Assembly (NCBI RefSeq): GCF_000008625.1
Contig: NC_000918.1
Span: 480,001-512,000 of the forward strand
Direction of reading: 5' to 3'
Length of the DNA: 32,000 bases
Source: Aquifex aeolicus VF5
GTDB taxonomy: Bacteria > Aquificota > Aquificia > Aquificales > Aquificaceae
Shown piece after piece: positions 10,001 to 25,653 of the stretch (position 1 is its first letter; each line of letters opens with the position of its first letter). The notes under the pieces are model-generated. The model did no database searches. It saw only the letters and a program-made list of their open reading frames with translations, and was not told the origin of the DNA. The position numbers were made by a program, and so were the translations under genes.

Positions 10001-11269
10001 CAACTTGAAAAATACTCTTAACCTTATCGGCCTCAATATCCCACTTATCAGGTCAAATTTCCCGAGTTTCTTTAGCAAATTCCTGCAAGCGTTTACATCA
10101 GCATTCAAAAAACCCAAAAGTCTTGTCCTGAAAAGCCCTCTCTTTACCCTCGCTTCGGGAGTGTAGGTCTCTTTATTAACAGCTCCCTCTACGGAGCTGT
10201 CCACTCCCGAAGTGTAAGCTTCAGAAATATATTCAACTTCTATTCCATATTCTTTTGCCTTGTATTCCAAATACTCTTTTACCTTTCCGTGCGGTAACAA
10301 ACTCCATATTTGATCTGCTACACTACTCAGTTTACTTTCTTTATTCTTGTTCCTTGCCGCATCGCCTATGTATATTTTCCTAACTCCGTATTTAAGGGCA
10401 AGTTCCAATATCAGGTTGCTTATTGTATGGGCATAGTGTTTTAAAAGCCTCTTTACTTTGAGCCATAATCTTGAAATTCTCTCCTCCAGAAAGTGAGTTA
10501 AAAATCCTTTCTTTTTAGCTCCTTCAAGTCTGCTTTGAAGACTCGCTATTTTCTTTAAGTATTTCCTTAGCAAACTCTTTAATCCATTCCCGTCAATTAT
10601 GTAGGGTTGGGGTATGCCTTCTATTACTATTGCGAAAAAGTTTGATGAGTTCGGATCTAATACCATCACCTTGTCTTGCTTTAATAGTTTTTCTCCATTC
10701 TGAGGTTTTTCGTAGATTATGTGGAGTTCAAACTCCTTAGCGTTGGCTTTCGGAACAATTTGAATATTCTTTATCAACCTTTCGTCCAGCTCCAATCCCG
10801 TATCCAGCCAAAGGTATTTAAGCTCTATTCCATGTTTTTCTTTTAGCCATTGCCTTAAAGCCTTTGAAAGAGAAAGTCTTATTTTTGTTCCCACAACTTT
10901 AAAGCCTGTTTGGTCGTAGGTTATGGTTCTGTGTGGTTTGTTTTTAGGTCTAAATTTTGGCGGTTTAACTTCCTGTCCTTTAAACTTTTCTGGATTATGC
11001 AAAAACTCAAACCAGTTTTTAAAAGCTCTAACAAGTTCGTCCAAGACAATTTGAGCACAGCGACTTTGAAGGTTTTTAAGATGCAAAGAATTGTCCTTAA
11101 GCTTGTTATAGAGGTCGTAGGTGTTTACTTTTGCCTGTTTGGTTTTAATGGAGTAAAGAGCTTGATTAAAGAGCCTTCCTGAATGGTAGGTAAGGTAGCC
11201 TAAAACGATTTTGTATTCGTTAGGAAGGTCTGTAAAAGCTATAGTGATGCATCTTAGAGGTTTTGGCAT
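9875..11269 (-). CDS. tnpB: TnpB/OrfB-family (IS200/IS605, IS1341-like) RuvC-fold protein, atypical: zinc-finger cysteines absent and canonical RuvC-II Glu replaced
   Basis: 464 aa. RuvC-I VMVLDPNSSN (D205). Then WSLLPHGKVKEYLEYKAKEYGIEVEYISEAYTS, followed by FLNADVNACRNL (RuvC-III D391). GAGGT SD 9 nt before the ATG. Family assignment is by motif order seen by eye. Confidence 0.85.
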   Translation of the reverse strand: MPKPLRCITIAFTDLPNEYKIVLGYLTYHSGRLFNQALYSIKTKQAKVNTYDLYNKLKDNSLHLKNLQSRCAQIVLDELVRAFKNWFEFLHNPEKFKGQEVKPPKFRPKNKPHRTITYDQTGFKVVGTKIRLSLSKALRQWLKEKHGIELKYLWLDTGLELDERLIKNIQIVPKANAKEFELHIIYEKPQNGEKLLKQDKVMVLDPNSSNFFAIVIEGIPQPYIIDGNGLKSLLRKYLKKIASLQSRLEGAKKKGFLTHFLEERISRLWLKVKRLLKHYAHTISNLILELALKYGVRKIYIGDAARNKNKESKLSSVADQIWSLLPHGKVKEYLEYKAKEYGIEVEYISEAYTSGVDSSVEGAVNKETYTPEARVKRGLFRTRLLGFLNADVNACRNLLKKLGKFDLISGILRPIRLRVFFKLRESSSAIPLYGGIGRSRGGVNLPVVVRHSKEGVNPPEAPHL

Positions 11270-11324
11270 TTGAGTGACCTCACAAGATTCATTTTAAAAA
11301 ACTGCTTACACAGGCGGCTTCTGT

Positions 11325-11345
11325 CCCCGTATCATAGATACGCGG
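11325..11345 (-). repeat. Left-end (LE) subterminal hairpin of the IS
   Basis: Plus strand CCCCGTATC-ATA-GATACGCGG, 8 of 9 positions paired. Same loop and stem register as the RE hairpin, with one compensated C:G to T:A change. Confidence 0.8.
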
Positions 11346-11379
11346 TTTTAGCCCGCGGATTTACTATAAAATACAAGTA

Positions 11380-13454
11380 ATGGAAGAAGAAAAAGTAAAA
11401 GAGGGATTGTGGGAGTTAGCTTACAACCTGTGGTGGACGTGGAATCCGCCGGCTAAGGAATTATTCAGAAGCATTGACCCGCTTTTGTGGAAGGAAACTA
11501 AGGAAAACCCCATTGAGTTATTGAGGAAAACCAAACTCCTTGAAAACAAGCTCAAAGACGAAGATTTTATATCTCACTTCAAGTACGTTTATTCCCTTTA
11601 CAAAACCTACATGAACAGGCATTCGAAATACGAGGATACGTATAAGAAGCCTATAGTTTTCCTGTCTCCCGAGTACGGACTTCACCACACACTACTTATA
11701 TACGCGGGGGGACTGGGCTTTTTAGCAGGAGATATACTCAAGGAGAGCAGTGACTTGGGATTTCCGCTTATAGGTGTCGGGTTTATGTACCCTCAGGGCT
11801 ACGTAAAGCAGAGGATAAGGGTTGACGGATGGCAGGAAGACCTTGACGCACAAAATCAAAAGGAATTAATGCCCGTTAAAAAAGTTCTGGACAAAGAAGG
11901 AAAATGGCTCAAGTGCTACGTTTACGTAAGGGATGAAAAGGTTTACTTTGGAGTCTGGGAAGTTAACGTGGGAAAGACAAAGCTCTACCTTCTTGACACG
12001 AACGTAGAGGAAAATACTCCCTGGAACAGGGAAATATCCTCAAGACTCTACGTTCCGGACAAAGACCTGAGGTTAAGACAACAGATAGTTCTTGGTTTTG
12101 GCACCGTAATACTCCTTGAAAAGCTGGGCATTGATGCAGGAGGTTTTCACATAAACGAAGATTATCCCTCGTTCGTGTTCCTTGCAGAAATATTTAAACT
12201 TCTAAAAAAAGGTCTGACCTGGGATAAGGCGATAGAAGAAGTAAGAAAGATTTCTCTCTTTACCACGCACACACCACTACGGGTTGCCGTAAATACTTAT
12301 CCCTTCCACATGATAGAGGAACAGTTTCTATTCGTTAAGGATGTTTACGGAATAGACGTAAAGAAAGTTCTGGAACTCGGAACGAATCCTGAAGACCCTT
12401 CGGAGGGTTTTAACAGTACGATTATGTCCCTCAGACTCGCAAAGTACGTAAACGCAGTGAGTAAAAGACATCAAGAAGTTTCAAGCAAGATGTGGAGTTT
12501 TTTATTTAAAGAAAAGGAGAATCCAATAGATTACGTAACGAACGGTGTTCACTTTCCCACATGGATTTGTTCAGATTTGAGAAGACTGTACGAGGAGTAT
12601 TTGGGAGAGAACTTTGTGGAACTTCACGACCACAAGTCTCTGTGGGAATTAATAAGAGACATACCCGACGAAGAACTGTGGGAATATCACATAAGAAATA
12701 AAGAAAGACTTATTGAGCACATAAAAGACAGGGCAAGGGAAAGGTGGGTCAAGGAAAAAGCGGATCCTTCAATCCTTATGGCCGAAGGTCTGTTCCTTGA
12801 TTCTGACGTTCTTACGGTCGGTTTTGCGAGGAGGATGACCGGTTACAAAAGACCGGATCTTATATTCACGGATGTAGAACGCTTAAAAAAGATAGTGAAT
12901 GATTCGGAAAGACCTGTTCAGATAATATTCGCGGGAAAGGCTCATCCGGCTGATATCGAAGGGAAAAAGATAATCCAGAGAATATTTAACTTTGCGAAAG
13001 ATCCGGAATTTGGGGGAAGAATAGCTTTCGTTGAAGATTACGACGAACTCCTTGCCCATTACATGGTGAGGGGTGTGGACGTATGGTTGAACAACCCTCT
13101 TCCTCCCCTTGAAGCCTGCGGGACAAGCGGTATGAAAGCTTCTATGAACGGAGTGCTTCACCTTTCAATACTTGACGGTTGGTGGATTGAGGGTTATAAC
13201 GGAAAGAACGGTTGGGCTTTCGGAGATTACGAAGTTGAAGGAGACAGGAACAGAGCGGATGCGGAGGCCATTTACAACATCCTTGAGAATGAAGTAATCC
13301 CCCTTTATTACGAAAGGGACGAGAGGGGAGTGCCAGTTAAGTGGATAAGTATGATGAAGGAAGCTATAAAAAGCATTACCCCTAACTTTTGCTCCAGAAG
13401 GATGTTAAAAGATTACATAAATAAGTTCTATTCAAAAATTTTAAAGGAGGAGGG

Positions 13455-13458
<4 letters not shown>
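11380..13458 (+). CDS. glgP: Alpha-glucan (glycogen/maltodextrin) phosphorylase, GT35
   Basis: 692 aa. N-terminal WELAYNLWWTWNP region. PLP-lysine motif EACGTSGMKASMNG. Confidence 0.9.
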
Positions 13459-18742
<5,284 letters not shown>

Positions 18743-18768
<26 letters not shown>

Positions 18769-20635
18769 TTACGACGTTTACCTCTTTAAGGAGGGAACGC
18801 ACACGAGACTTTACGATAAACTTGGCTCCCACGTTATAGAACTAAACGGGAAAAGGTATACCTTCTTTGCGGTTTGGGCACCCCACGCGGATTACGTATC
18901 ACTTATAGGCGATTTTAACGAATGGGATAAAGGTTCTACTCCCATGGTAAAGAGGGAGGACGGCTCCGGAATATGGGAGGTTTTACTTGAAGGAGACCTG
19001 ACTGGTTCAAAGTACAAGTACTTTATAAAGAACGGGAATTACGAAGTTGATAAGTCCGATCCCTTCGCATTTTTCTGTGAGCAACCCCCCGGAAACGCTT
19101 CCGTAGTGTGGAAGCTCAATTACAGGTGGAACGACTCCGAATACATGAAAAAGAGGAAAAGAGTAAACTCACACGACTCGCCTATATCCATATACGAAGT
19201 TCACGTGGGTTCTTGGAGGAGAGTTCCAGAAGAGGGAAACAGATTTTTGAGCTATAGGGAACTTGCCGAATACCTCCCATACTACGTAAAAGAGATGGGA
19301 TTTACTCACGTTGAGTTCTTACCCGTTATGGAACATCCCTTTTACGGCTCTTGGGGCTACCAGATAACGGGCTACTTCGCTCCGACTTCCAGATACGGAA
19401 CTCCTCAGGACTTTATGTACTTAATAGACAAACTTCATCAAGAAGGGATAGGTGTGATACTAGACTGGGTTCCCTCTCACTTTCCCACCGATGCCCACGG
19501 GCTCGCATACTTTGACGGGACTCACCTTTACGAGTACGAGGACTGGAGAAAGAGGTGGCATCCCGACTGGAACAGCTTTGTTTTTGATTACGGAAAACCG
19601 GAAGTTCGCTCCTTTCTCCTGAGTTCTGCCCACTTCTGGCTCGACAAGTACCACGCAGACGGTCTCAGAGTGGATGCAGTTGCTTCAATGCTTTACCTAG
19701 ATTACTCTAGGAAAGAATGGGTTCCAAACATATACGGAGGGAAAGAAAACCTCGAGGCTATAGAATTCCTCAGGAAGTTTAACGAAAGCGTTTACAGAAA
19801 TTTTCCAGACGTCCAGACAATAGCGGAGGAATCAACAGCCTGGCCTATGGTGTCCAGACCTACATACGTGGGGGGACTGGGATTTGGAATGAAGTGGAAT
19901 ATGGGTTGGATGAACGACACACTCTTTTACTTTTCAAAGGATCCCATCTACAGGAAGTACCACCATGAAGTCCTCACTTTCAGTATATGGTACGCTTTTT
20001 CCGAGAACTTCGTCCTTCCACTATCCCACGATGAAGTTGTTCACGGAAAGGGTTCTCTGATAGGGAAGATGCCAGGAGATTACTGGCAGAAGTTTGCAAA
20101 CCTTAGAGCCCTTTTCGGATACATGTGGGCACACCCAGGGAAAAAACTCCTCTTTATGGGGGGAGAGTTCGGACAGTTTAAGGAATGGGATCACGAAACG
20201 AGTCTCGACTGGCACCTCTTGGAATACCCTTCTCACAGAGGTATTCAGAGATTAGTTAAGGACTTAAACGAAGTTTACAGGAGGGAAAAGGCTTTGCACG
20301 AAACGGATTTTTCACCTGAGGGCTTTGAGTGGGTAGACTTCCACGACTGGGAAAAGAGCGTTATATCCTTCTTGAGAAAGGACAAAAGCGGTAAGGAAAT
20401 TATACTCGTAGTTTGCAACTTCACACCCGTTCCGAGATACGATTACAGGGTAGGTGTACCGAAAGGCGGATACTGGAGGGAGATAATGAATACCGATGCA
20501 AAGGAGTACTGGGGCTCCGGAATGGGAAATCTGGGTGGAAAAGAGGCTGATAAAATCCCGTGGCACGGAAGAAAATTCTCACTTTCACTTACCCTGCCTC
20601 CCCTTTCCGTGATCTATTTAAAGCACGAAGGATGA
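18743..20635 (+). CDS. glgB: 1,4-alpha-glucan branching enzyme (GH13)
   Basis: GH13 regions [32 protein letters not shown]. Overlaps glgA by 26 nt. There is no alternative in-frame start before the conserved [14 protein letters not shown]. Confidence 0.95.
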
Positions 20636-22089
20636 GATTGGCAGGTATTTTACTTCACGTAACTTCACTTCCCTCTCCTTACGGGATAGGGGATCTCGGA
20701 AAAGAAGCCTACAGGTTTCTGGACTTCTTAAAGGAGTGCGGTTTTAGCCTTTGGCAGGTTCTACCTCTGAACCCCACTTCACTTGAGGCGGGAAACTCAC
20801 CCTACAGTTCAAACTCCCTCTTCGCGGGCAATTACGTACTAATAGACCCTGAAGAATTATTGGAGGAGGACTTAATAAAAGAAAGGGACTTAAAAAGATT
20901 TCCCTTGGGTGAAGCCCTTTACGAAGTCGTGTACGAGTATAAAAAAGAGTTGCTCGAAAAAGCCTTTAAAAATTTCAGGAGATTTGAACTGCTTGAAGAT
21001 TTTCTGAAGGAACACTCTTACTGGCTCAGAGATTACGCACTTTACATGGCTATAAAAGAAGAAGAGGGAAAGGAGTGGTATGAATGGGATGAAGAATTGA
21101 AGAGGAGAGAAAAAGAGGCTTTAAAAAGGGTGTTAAATAAGTTAAAGGGGAGGTTTTACTTCCACGTATTCGTCCAGTTTGTTTTCTTCAAGCAGTGGGA
21201 AAAACTGAGAAGATACGCAAGGGAAAGGGGGATAAGCATAGTTGGAGATCTTCCAATGTACCCCTCGTACTCAAGTGCGGACGTGTGGACAAATCCTGAA
21301 CTTTTTAAACTGGACGGAGATTTAAAACCCCTTTTTGTAGCGGGTGTTCCTCCTGATTTTTTCAGTAAAACGGGACAGCTGTGGGGAAATCCCGTTTACA
21401 ACTGGGAAGAACACGAAAAGGAAGGCTTCAGATGGTGGATAAGGAGAGTTCATCACAACTTAAAACTCTTTGACTTTTTAAGACTTGACCACTTCAGGGG
21501 ATTTGAGGCGTACTGGGAGGTTCCTTACGGTGAAGAAACTGCGGTAAACGGAAGGTGGGTAAAGGCTCCCGGAAAGACACTATTTAAAAAACTCTTATCA
21601 TACTTCCCGAAGAACCCATTCATAGCGGAGGACTTAGGTTTTATAACGGACGAAGTGAGGTACTTGAGGGAAACTTTTAAAATCCCGGGAAGCAGAGTTA
21701 TTGAGTTTGCCTTCTACGATAAGGAAAGTGAGCACCTTCCCCACAACGTTGAAGAGAACAACGTTTACTACACTTCAACTCATGACCTTCCTCCGATAAG
21801 AGGATGGTTTGAGAATTTAGGAGAAGAATCAAGAAAACGATTATTTGAATACTTGGGAAGGGAGATTAAAGAGGAAAAAGTTAACGAGGAGCTTATAAGA
21901 CTCGTTTTAATCTCAAGGGCGAAGTTCGCAATAATCCAGATGCAGGACTTACTCAATCTCGGCAATGAAGCGAGGATGAATTACCCCGGAAGACCTTTCG
22001 GAAATTGGAGGTGGAGAATAAAGGAAGATTACACACAAAAGAAGGAATTTATTAAAAAACTCCTCGGAATTTACGGAAGAGAAGTTTAA
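20632..22089 (+). CDS. malQ: 4-alpha-glucanotransferase (amylomaltase, GH77)
   Basis: [20 protein letters not shown]-terminus, [30 protein letters not shown]. Start set at ATG 20632 (ATGA overlap with the glgB stop). The 24 upstream track codons lie inside glgB. Confidence 0.93.
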   Translation: MRLAGILLHVTSLPSPYGIGDLGKEAYRFLDFLKECGFSLWQVLPLNPTSLEAGNSPYSSNSLFAGNYVLIDPEELLEEDLIKERDLKRFPLGEALYEVVYEYKKELLEKAFKNFRRFELLEDFLKEHSYWLRDYALYMAIKEEEGKEWYEWDEELKRREKEALKRVLNKLKGRFYFHVFVQFVFFKQWEKLRRYARERGISIVGDLPMYPSYSSADVWTNPELFKLDGDLKPLFVAGVPPDFFSKTGQLWGNPVYNWEEHEKEGFRWWIRRVHHNLKLFDFLRLDHFRGFEAYWEVPYGEETAVNGRWVKAPGKTLFKKLLSYFPKNPFIAEDLGFITDEVRYLRETFKIPGSRVIEFAFYDKESEHLPHNVEENNVYYTSTHDLPPIRGWFENLGEESRKRLFEYLGREIKEEKVNEELIRLVLISRAKFAIIQMQDLLNLGNEARMNYPGRPFGNWRWRIKEDYTQKKEFIKKLLGIYGREV

Positions 22090-22100
22090 AATAACTCTAA

Positions 22101-24608
22101 ATGCTGAAAGCACATTCTCTTTCCCCTGAAGAGATATTAAGGATTTTAAAGACGGACAGGAGGGGGCTCTCTGAAGAGGAGGCTAAAAAGAGGCTAAAAA
22201 TATACGGAAAGAACGAGATAGAGGAAGAAGAGGAAAGTTTAATTAAGGTCTTCTTTAGGCAATTTAACAATCCCTTTGTTTACATCCTGTTTGTTGCAAG
22301 CGGTATTTCCGCTTACATAGGAAAAAAAGAAGATTCCCTGATAATTCTTGCTATTATATTCGTGAACTCCCTTCTCGGTTTCTTTCAGGAGTTCAGGGCC
22401 ATAACATCTTTAAAGGCTTTAAAGAAATTAACGGAAGTAAAAACAAAAGTTTACAGAGACGGCAAATTAAAAGTAATACCCGCTTCCGAACTCGTTCCCG
22501 GTGACGTTGTCTACATTCAGGAGGGAGACGTAGTTCCTGCGGATATAAGACTTATTGAAAGTGTAGGCCTTATGGTTGATGAATCGGTTTTAACTGGTGA
22601 ATCCGTGCCGGTTGAGAAAAACGCGGACGTTGTTTTGCCTGAAGATACTCCCGTTTACAATAGGTCGAACGTAGTATTTAAAGGCACGCACGTTGTAAAG
22701 GGATGGGCAGTCGGAGTAGTTTACGCAACGGGAAGACAAACGGAGTTTGGAAAGATAAGTGAAAAGGCAAAGGAAAAGTCCCCGGAAACACCATTAATGA
22801 GGGCTTTGAAAAAGTTTTCCCTTGCATGGATGGTAATCATCTTTTTCTTACTCTCAATCCTTTTCCTTATAGGTATTTATCAGGGAAGAGACATTTACGA
22901 GGTTTTACTCCTCATAGTTTCCGAGTTGGTATCTGCAGTTCCAGAGGGCTTGCCTCTCGTAATAACGTTCACTTTAGTAATTGGTGCGATTGCCCTTTCA
23001 CGGAGAAAGGTTCTCATAAGGTACCTTCCCGCTACGGAGACGCTTGGGAGTACAACTTTTATATGTTCTGACAAGACGGGAACCATAACAGAAGGGAAAC
23101 TAAAAGTCCAGGAATTCTTCGCCCTGAACGAGAAGTTTTTAAACCTCATTTCTGCACTCTGCAACTCGTCGGACGGCGAGAGTGGGGATCCGGTTGATCT
23201 TGCTCTTCTCAGATGGCTTGAAGAAAACGACATAGACTGGAAGAAACTGAGGGAAGAATACAGAACGGTTAAAGTTTTCCCCTTTGATACAAAAAAGAGG
23301 TATATGGCTGTAATTGTTGAAAAGGAGGGCAAGTATTACCTGCTCGTGAAGGGTGCCTTTGAAACTTTATCAAATTTTTCCGAAGGTATTTCCGAAGAAT
23401 TAATAAAAGTTCACGACGTTCTTGCGGAAAACGGCCTGAGAGTCCTCTTCTTCGCTTACGCCGAAATTCCAGAGCCTGTTGAAGATATAGAAAGCTTAAA
23501 ACTGAAACCCGCTGGTTTTGTCGGATTTCTTGATCCTCCAAAAGAGGGTGTAAAGGAAGCAGTTGTGAACGCAAGAAGGGCGGGAATAAGGGTTATCATG
23601 ATAACGGGCGATAACTTAAAAACCGCAGTAGCAGTAGCGAAGCAAACCGAAATATACAGGGAAGGTGACTTAGCCGTTGAGGGAAAAGATCTTTCTAAAT
23701 ATTCAGATGCGGAACTTTACAATTTGTTGAAGAGGGTTTCTGTCATTGCAAGGGCACTTCCCGAAGATAAGTACAGGGTTGTAAAAGTCCTTCAGGAAAA
23801 AGGGGAAATAGTCGCGGTTACGGGAGACGGTGTGAACGACGTTCCAGCCCTTAAGGTTGCCGACATAGGCGTAGCTATGGGTTCTGGAACTGAAGCGGCA
23901 AAGAGTGTAGCTAAGATGGTAATAACTGATAACAACCTAAAAGTTATAGTGGAGGCCGTTAGGTGGGGGAGGATAATAGTCAGGAATATAAAGAGGGCGA
24001 TTACTTACCTCCTCACCACAAGCTTTGGTGAAATAACCTTACTTTCTTCCGCAATACTGATGAAATTACCTCTGCCGCTTTATCCCACTCAGATACTCTG
24101 GATAAACATAGTTACCGACGGAGTTCAGGATAAAACTTTCCCCTTCAACAAAGAGGAAATAGACGTTATGAAGGAAAAACCTCAGAAGCCTGAGAAGGTA
24201 TTCCTGGACAAAAGGCTTTTTTTAAGATTTTTAACCGGAGGTTTATTCATAGGATTTATAAACTTAATTCTCTTCAAACACCTCCTAAGCGTTTATTCAT
24301 ATGAGGTTGCAGTAACTATAACCTTTACCTCAATGGTTGTCAATCAATGGGCTGTAGGAATTCAGACTGTAAGGGATTACCCCTTCTTTTACAAGCCTTG
24401 GAGGAATTTCCAGATGAACCCATACATATTTATAGGCATATTTATAGGATTGATCCTTCAGCTTTTGGCAATATACGTTTTCCCTAACTACTTTCACGCA
24501 GTTCCCCTCTCATTAGAACACTGGTTTTACGTAATCTTAACAACATTATCAGTTTTCATCTTCATAGAAATAAGGAAATTAGTTTTTACAATTTTCAGTG
24601 AGAGGTAA
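22101..24608 (+). CDS. P-type cation-transporting ATPase (type II, PacL/Ca2+-ATPase-like)
   Basis: 835 aa with TGES, VPEGLP (TM4), CSDKTGTIT phosphorylation site, MITGDN and TGDGVNDVPAL. No N-terminal heavy-metal-binding CxxC domain. Confidence 0.9.
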   Translation: MLKAHSLSPEEILRILKTDRRGLSEEEAKKRLKIYGKNEIEEEEESLIKVFFRQFNNPFVYILFVASGISAYIGKKEDSLIILAIIFVNSLLGFFQEFRAITSLKALKKLTEVKTKVYRDGKLKVIPASELVPGDVVYIQEGDVVPADIRLIESVGLMVDESVLTGESVPVEKNADVVLPEDTPVYNRSNVVFKGTHVVKGWAVGVVYATGRQTEFGKISEKAKEKSPETPLMRALKKFSLAWMVIIFFLLSILFLIGIYQGRDIYEVLLLIVSELVSAVPEGLPLVITFTLVIGAIALSRRKVLIRYLPATETLGSTTFICSDKTGTITEGKLKVQEFFALNEKFLNLISALCNSSDGESGDPVDLALLRWLEENDIDWKKLREEYRTVKVFPFDTKKRYMAVIVEKEGKYYLLVKGAFETLSNFSEGISEELIKVHDVLAENGLRVLFFAYAEIPEPVEDIESLKLKPAGFVGFLDPPKEGVKEAVVNARRAGIRVIMITGDNLKTAVAVAKQTEIYREGDLAVEGKDLSKYSDAELYNLLKRVSVIARALPEDKYRVVKVLQEKGEIVAVTGDGVNDVPALKVADIGVAMGSGTEAAKSVAKMVITDNNLKVIVEAVRWGRIIVRNIKRAITYLLTTSFGEITLLSSAILMKLPLPLYPTQILWINIVTDGVQDKTFPFNKEEIDVMKEKPQKPEKVFLDKRLFLRFLTGGLFIGFINLILFKHLLSVYSYEVAVTITFTSMVVNQWAVGIQTVRDYPFFYKPWRNFQMNPYIFIGIFIGLILQLLAIYVFPNYFHAVPLSLEHWFYVILTTLSVFIFIEIRKLVFTIFSER

Positions 24609-24613
24609 TCATT

Positions 24614-25618
24614 ATGAACGTATTATTTACAAGTGTTCCACAGGAAGATGTACCCTTCTACCAAGAGGCTTTAAAGGACCTATCACTAAAAATTTACACA
24701 ACAGACGTTTCAAAAGTACCCGAAAATGAATTAAAAAAAGCGGAACTAATTTCAGTCTTTGTTTACGATAAGCTTACGGAAGAATTACTTTCCAAGATGC
24801 CTAGGTTAAAGCTTATCCACACACGTTCCGTAGGTTTCGACCATATAGACTTAGATTACTGCAAGAAGAAAGGCATTCTGGTTACTCACATACCTGCTTA
24901 TTCTCCCGAATCTGTAGCTGAACACACCTTTGCCATGATCCTTACTCTGGTAAAGAGGCTAAAGAGGATAGAGGATAGAGTAAAAAAACTGAACTTTTCG
25001 CAGGATAGCGAAATTCTGGCACGGGAGTTAAATAGGCTCACGCTTGGAGTTATCGGAACCGGAAGGATAGGAAGTAGAGTTGCTATGTACGGTTTAGCGT
25101 TTGGAATGAAGGTTCTGTGTTACGATGTCGTTAAGAGGGAGGACTTAAAAGAAAAAGGATGTGTTTACACCTCCCTGGATGAATTACTGAAGGAAAGCGA
25201 TGTTATTTCCCTTCACGTTCCGTATACGAAAGAAACCCATCACATGATAAACGAAGAAAGGATTAGTTTAATGAAGGACGGTGTTTATTTGATAAACACC
25301 GCGAGGGGAAAAGTTGTAGATACTGATGCACTTTACAGAGCCTACCAGAGGGGTAAGTTTTCAGGCTTGGGACTGGACGTATTTGAGGACGAGGAAATCT
25401 TAATCCTGAAGAAGTACACGGAAGGTAAGGCTACTGATAAAAACCTGAAAATACTCGAACTTGCCTGTAAAGATAACGTGATAATTACTCCCCATATAGC
25501 CTATTACACGGACAAATCCTTAGAGAGGATCAGGGAAGAAACAGTAAAAGTTGTTAAAGCGTTCGTGAAAGGAGATCTGGAACAAATAAAGGGGAACTTT
25601 GTTGTAGGTCCTTCCTGA
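24614..25618 (+). CDS. ldhA: D-isomer-specific 2-hydroxyacid dehydrogenase, D-lactate dehydrogenase-like
   Basis: NAD fold GVIGTGRIGSRVA, AYSPESVAEHT, catalytic His in TPHIAYYT. GAGAGG SD upstream. Confidence 0.75.
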   Translation: MNVLFTSVPQEDVPFYQEALKDLSLKIYTTDVSKVPENELKKAELISVFVYDKLTEELLSKMPRLKLIHTRSVGFDHIDLDYCKKKGILVTHIPAYSPESVAEHTFAMILTLVKRLKRIEDRVKKLNFSQDSEILARELNRLTLGVIGTGRIGSRVAMYGLAFGMKVLCYDVVKREDLKEKGCVYTSLDELLKESDVISLHVPYTKETHHMINEERISLMKDGVYLINTARGKVVDTDALYRAYQRGKFSGLGLDVFEDEEILILKKYTEGKATDKNLKILELACKDNVIITPHIAYYTDKSLERIREETVKVVKAFVKGDLEQIKGNFVVGPS

Positions 25619-25653
25619 AGCAAATATCTATAAAAGTATTTATATTTATCGGA

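Larger units (their letters stand above)
9864..11362 (-). mobile_element. Non-autonomous (tnpB-only, no tnpA) IS200/IS605-family element; ends approximate
   Basis: A TnpB/OrfB-type ORF is flanked by two near-identical subterminal hairpins (9869-9887 and 11325-11345). In element sense, the pentanucleotide ATAGT occurs at both proposed junctions. There are no terminal inverted repeats, as expected for this family. Confidence 0.7.

Noticed and set aside
11352-11357. CCGCGG palindrome next to the LE hairpin
   Set aside because: This is a 6-bp self-complementary site only. It is too short to call as a structural or binding element by itself and is treated as part of the LE.
20560-20631. Upstream extensions of track ORFs: malQ 20560, radical SAM 26732, GH57 TTG 15938, truB TTG 2358, tsf ATG 9798
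   Set aside because: In each case the extension lies in the preceding gene or too close to the SD. A downstream ATG gives the family-typical N-terminus with a start/stop overlap or proper SD spacing.
22826-23574. ORFs 22826-23071 (+), 22895-23332 (-) and 23269-23574 (-) inside the P-type ATPase gene
   Set aside because: These are alternative or antisense frames of a continuous ATPase with all P-type motifs. They have no independent signals.
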